From Malacoraja senta (lineage: Eukaryota): 64,000 nucleotides of DNA. Shown in pieces: positions 63,388-64,000 of the stretch. The notes below the pieces were generated by a model, which made no database searches, was not told the DNA's origin, and was given only the letters and a program-made list of their open reading frames with translations. A program made the position numbers and the translations under genes. The first letter of the stretch is position 1. Each line of letters begins with the position of its first letter. The stretch lies in the NCBI GenBank assembly GCA_038087875.1, contig CM075996.1:8310001-8374000 (forward strand), given 5' to 3'.

Positions 63388-63606
63388 AGTTGGGGATGGG
63401 TCAGTCCCTGCAGAACAGGGAGTACCGCACAGGCCCGTCACTGTATAAGACTGGCGTGCAGTGTAGGACCATCACTACATCACACTGGGAATATCACTGT
63501 GTCACTCTATAACACTGGGTTGCGACGCGGTGGCCATAGGTTTGTCAAGGTATAATTTTGTTTGTATTATTGTTAAAACATAAAGTGCTTGTGCTATAAC
63601 ACCAGG

Positions 63607-64000
63607 ATAAGCTTCTCCGTGGATTGTCACCTTGTCGTGGTGGAGAAGCTTGTGTGGCCCTGAGAACCTGAGATCGATGCCCTCAGTTGGGCCACCCATG
63701 GCGGTACGGTCGAGGGGGAGGTCTCTGACAAAGAGCAATCCAACCTAGACCTCAACGGTGGAACAGGCGGAGGACGATGGCTGACCTTAGCGGAGGGTCA
63801 CAATGGCTGGGAAGGCGGATGAAGGCTGCAGCAGAAAAGGGTCTCCGGTCGTCTTGGACTCCATGCCACTGGATCCTGACCCAGATCTGTCAAGGACCGT
63901 GGGGTGGCTGTCTGTGCACCAGTCTCCCCACGTTAAACAAAGGCATCCTCCAACTCCATTTCGAGTGACCGCCGATGAAGCGCTCAACCAAGAAAACTAA
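63607..64000 (+). mobile_element. 5' UTR of an RTE-clade LINE (continues past the window)
   Basis: CACCTTGTCGTGGTGG..GGGCCACCCATGGCGG..CTGACAAA resembles RTE/BovB/Expander 5' UTRs as I recall them. Confidence 0.6.

Overview
This is eukaryotic, repeat-dense non-coding DNA. The repeat content (HE1-like V-SINEs, HER1/CR1 LINEs, Penelope-derived elements) points to a cartilaginous fish, probably a skate or ray; this is an inference. I can support no host protein-coding exon, so the window is probably intronic or intergenic. It contains two 200-N gaps. Nearly all ORF-track calls are transposon fragments or chance frames. The window holds about 20 HE1-like SINEs, young and old CR1 fragments, an intact-looking CR1-clade RT of invertebrate type, and Tx1, L1 and RTE fragments. 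DNA transposons include a Tigger with nested insertions, hAT elements, PIF/Harbinger-like MITEs and Helitron-like ends. The most notable signal is at the RNA-structure level. (1) A 142-bp TSD-flanked retroposon at 50296-50437 (minus strand) begins with a 54-nt minimal HDV/CPEB3-like ribozyme fold. (2) Dozens of minimal hammerhead cores sit in Penelope-derived elements, often as inverted pairs with 13-18 bp TSDs. (3) A second, weaker HDV-like fold lies at the 5' end of an RTE element at 63611-63742. All structures were read by eye and none is experimentally tested.
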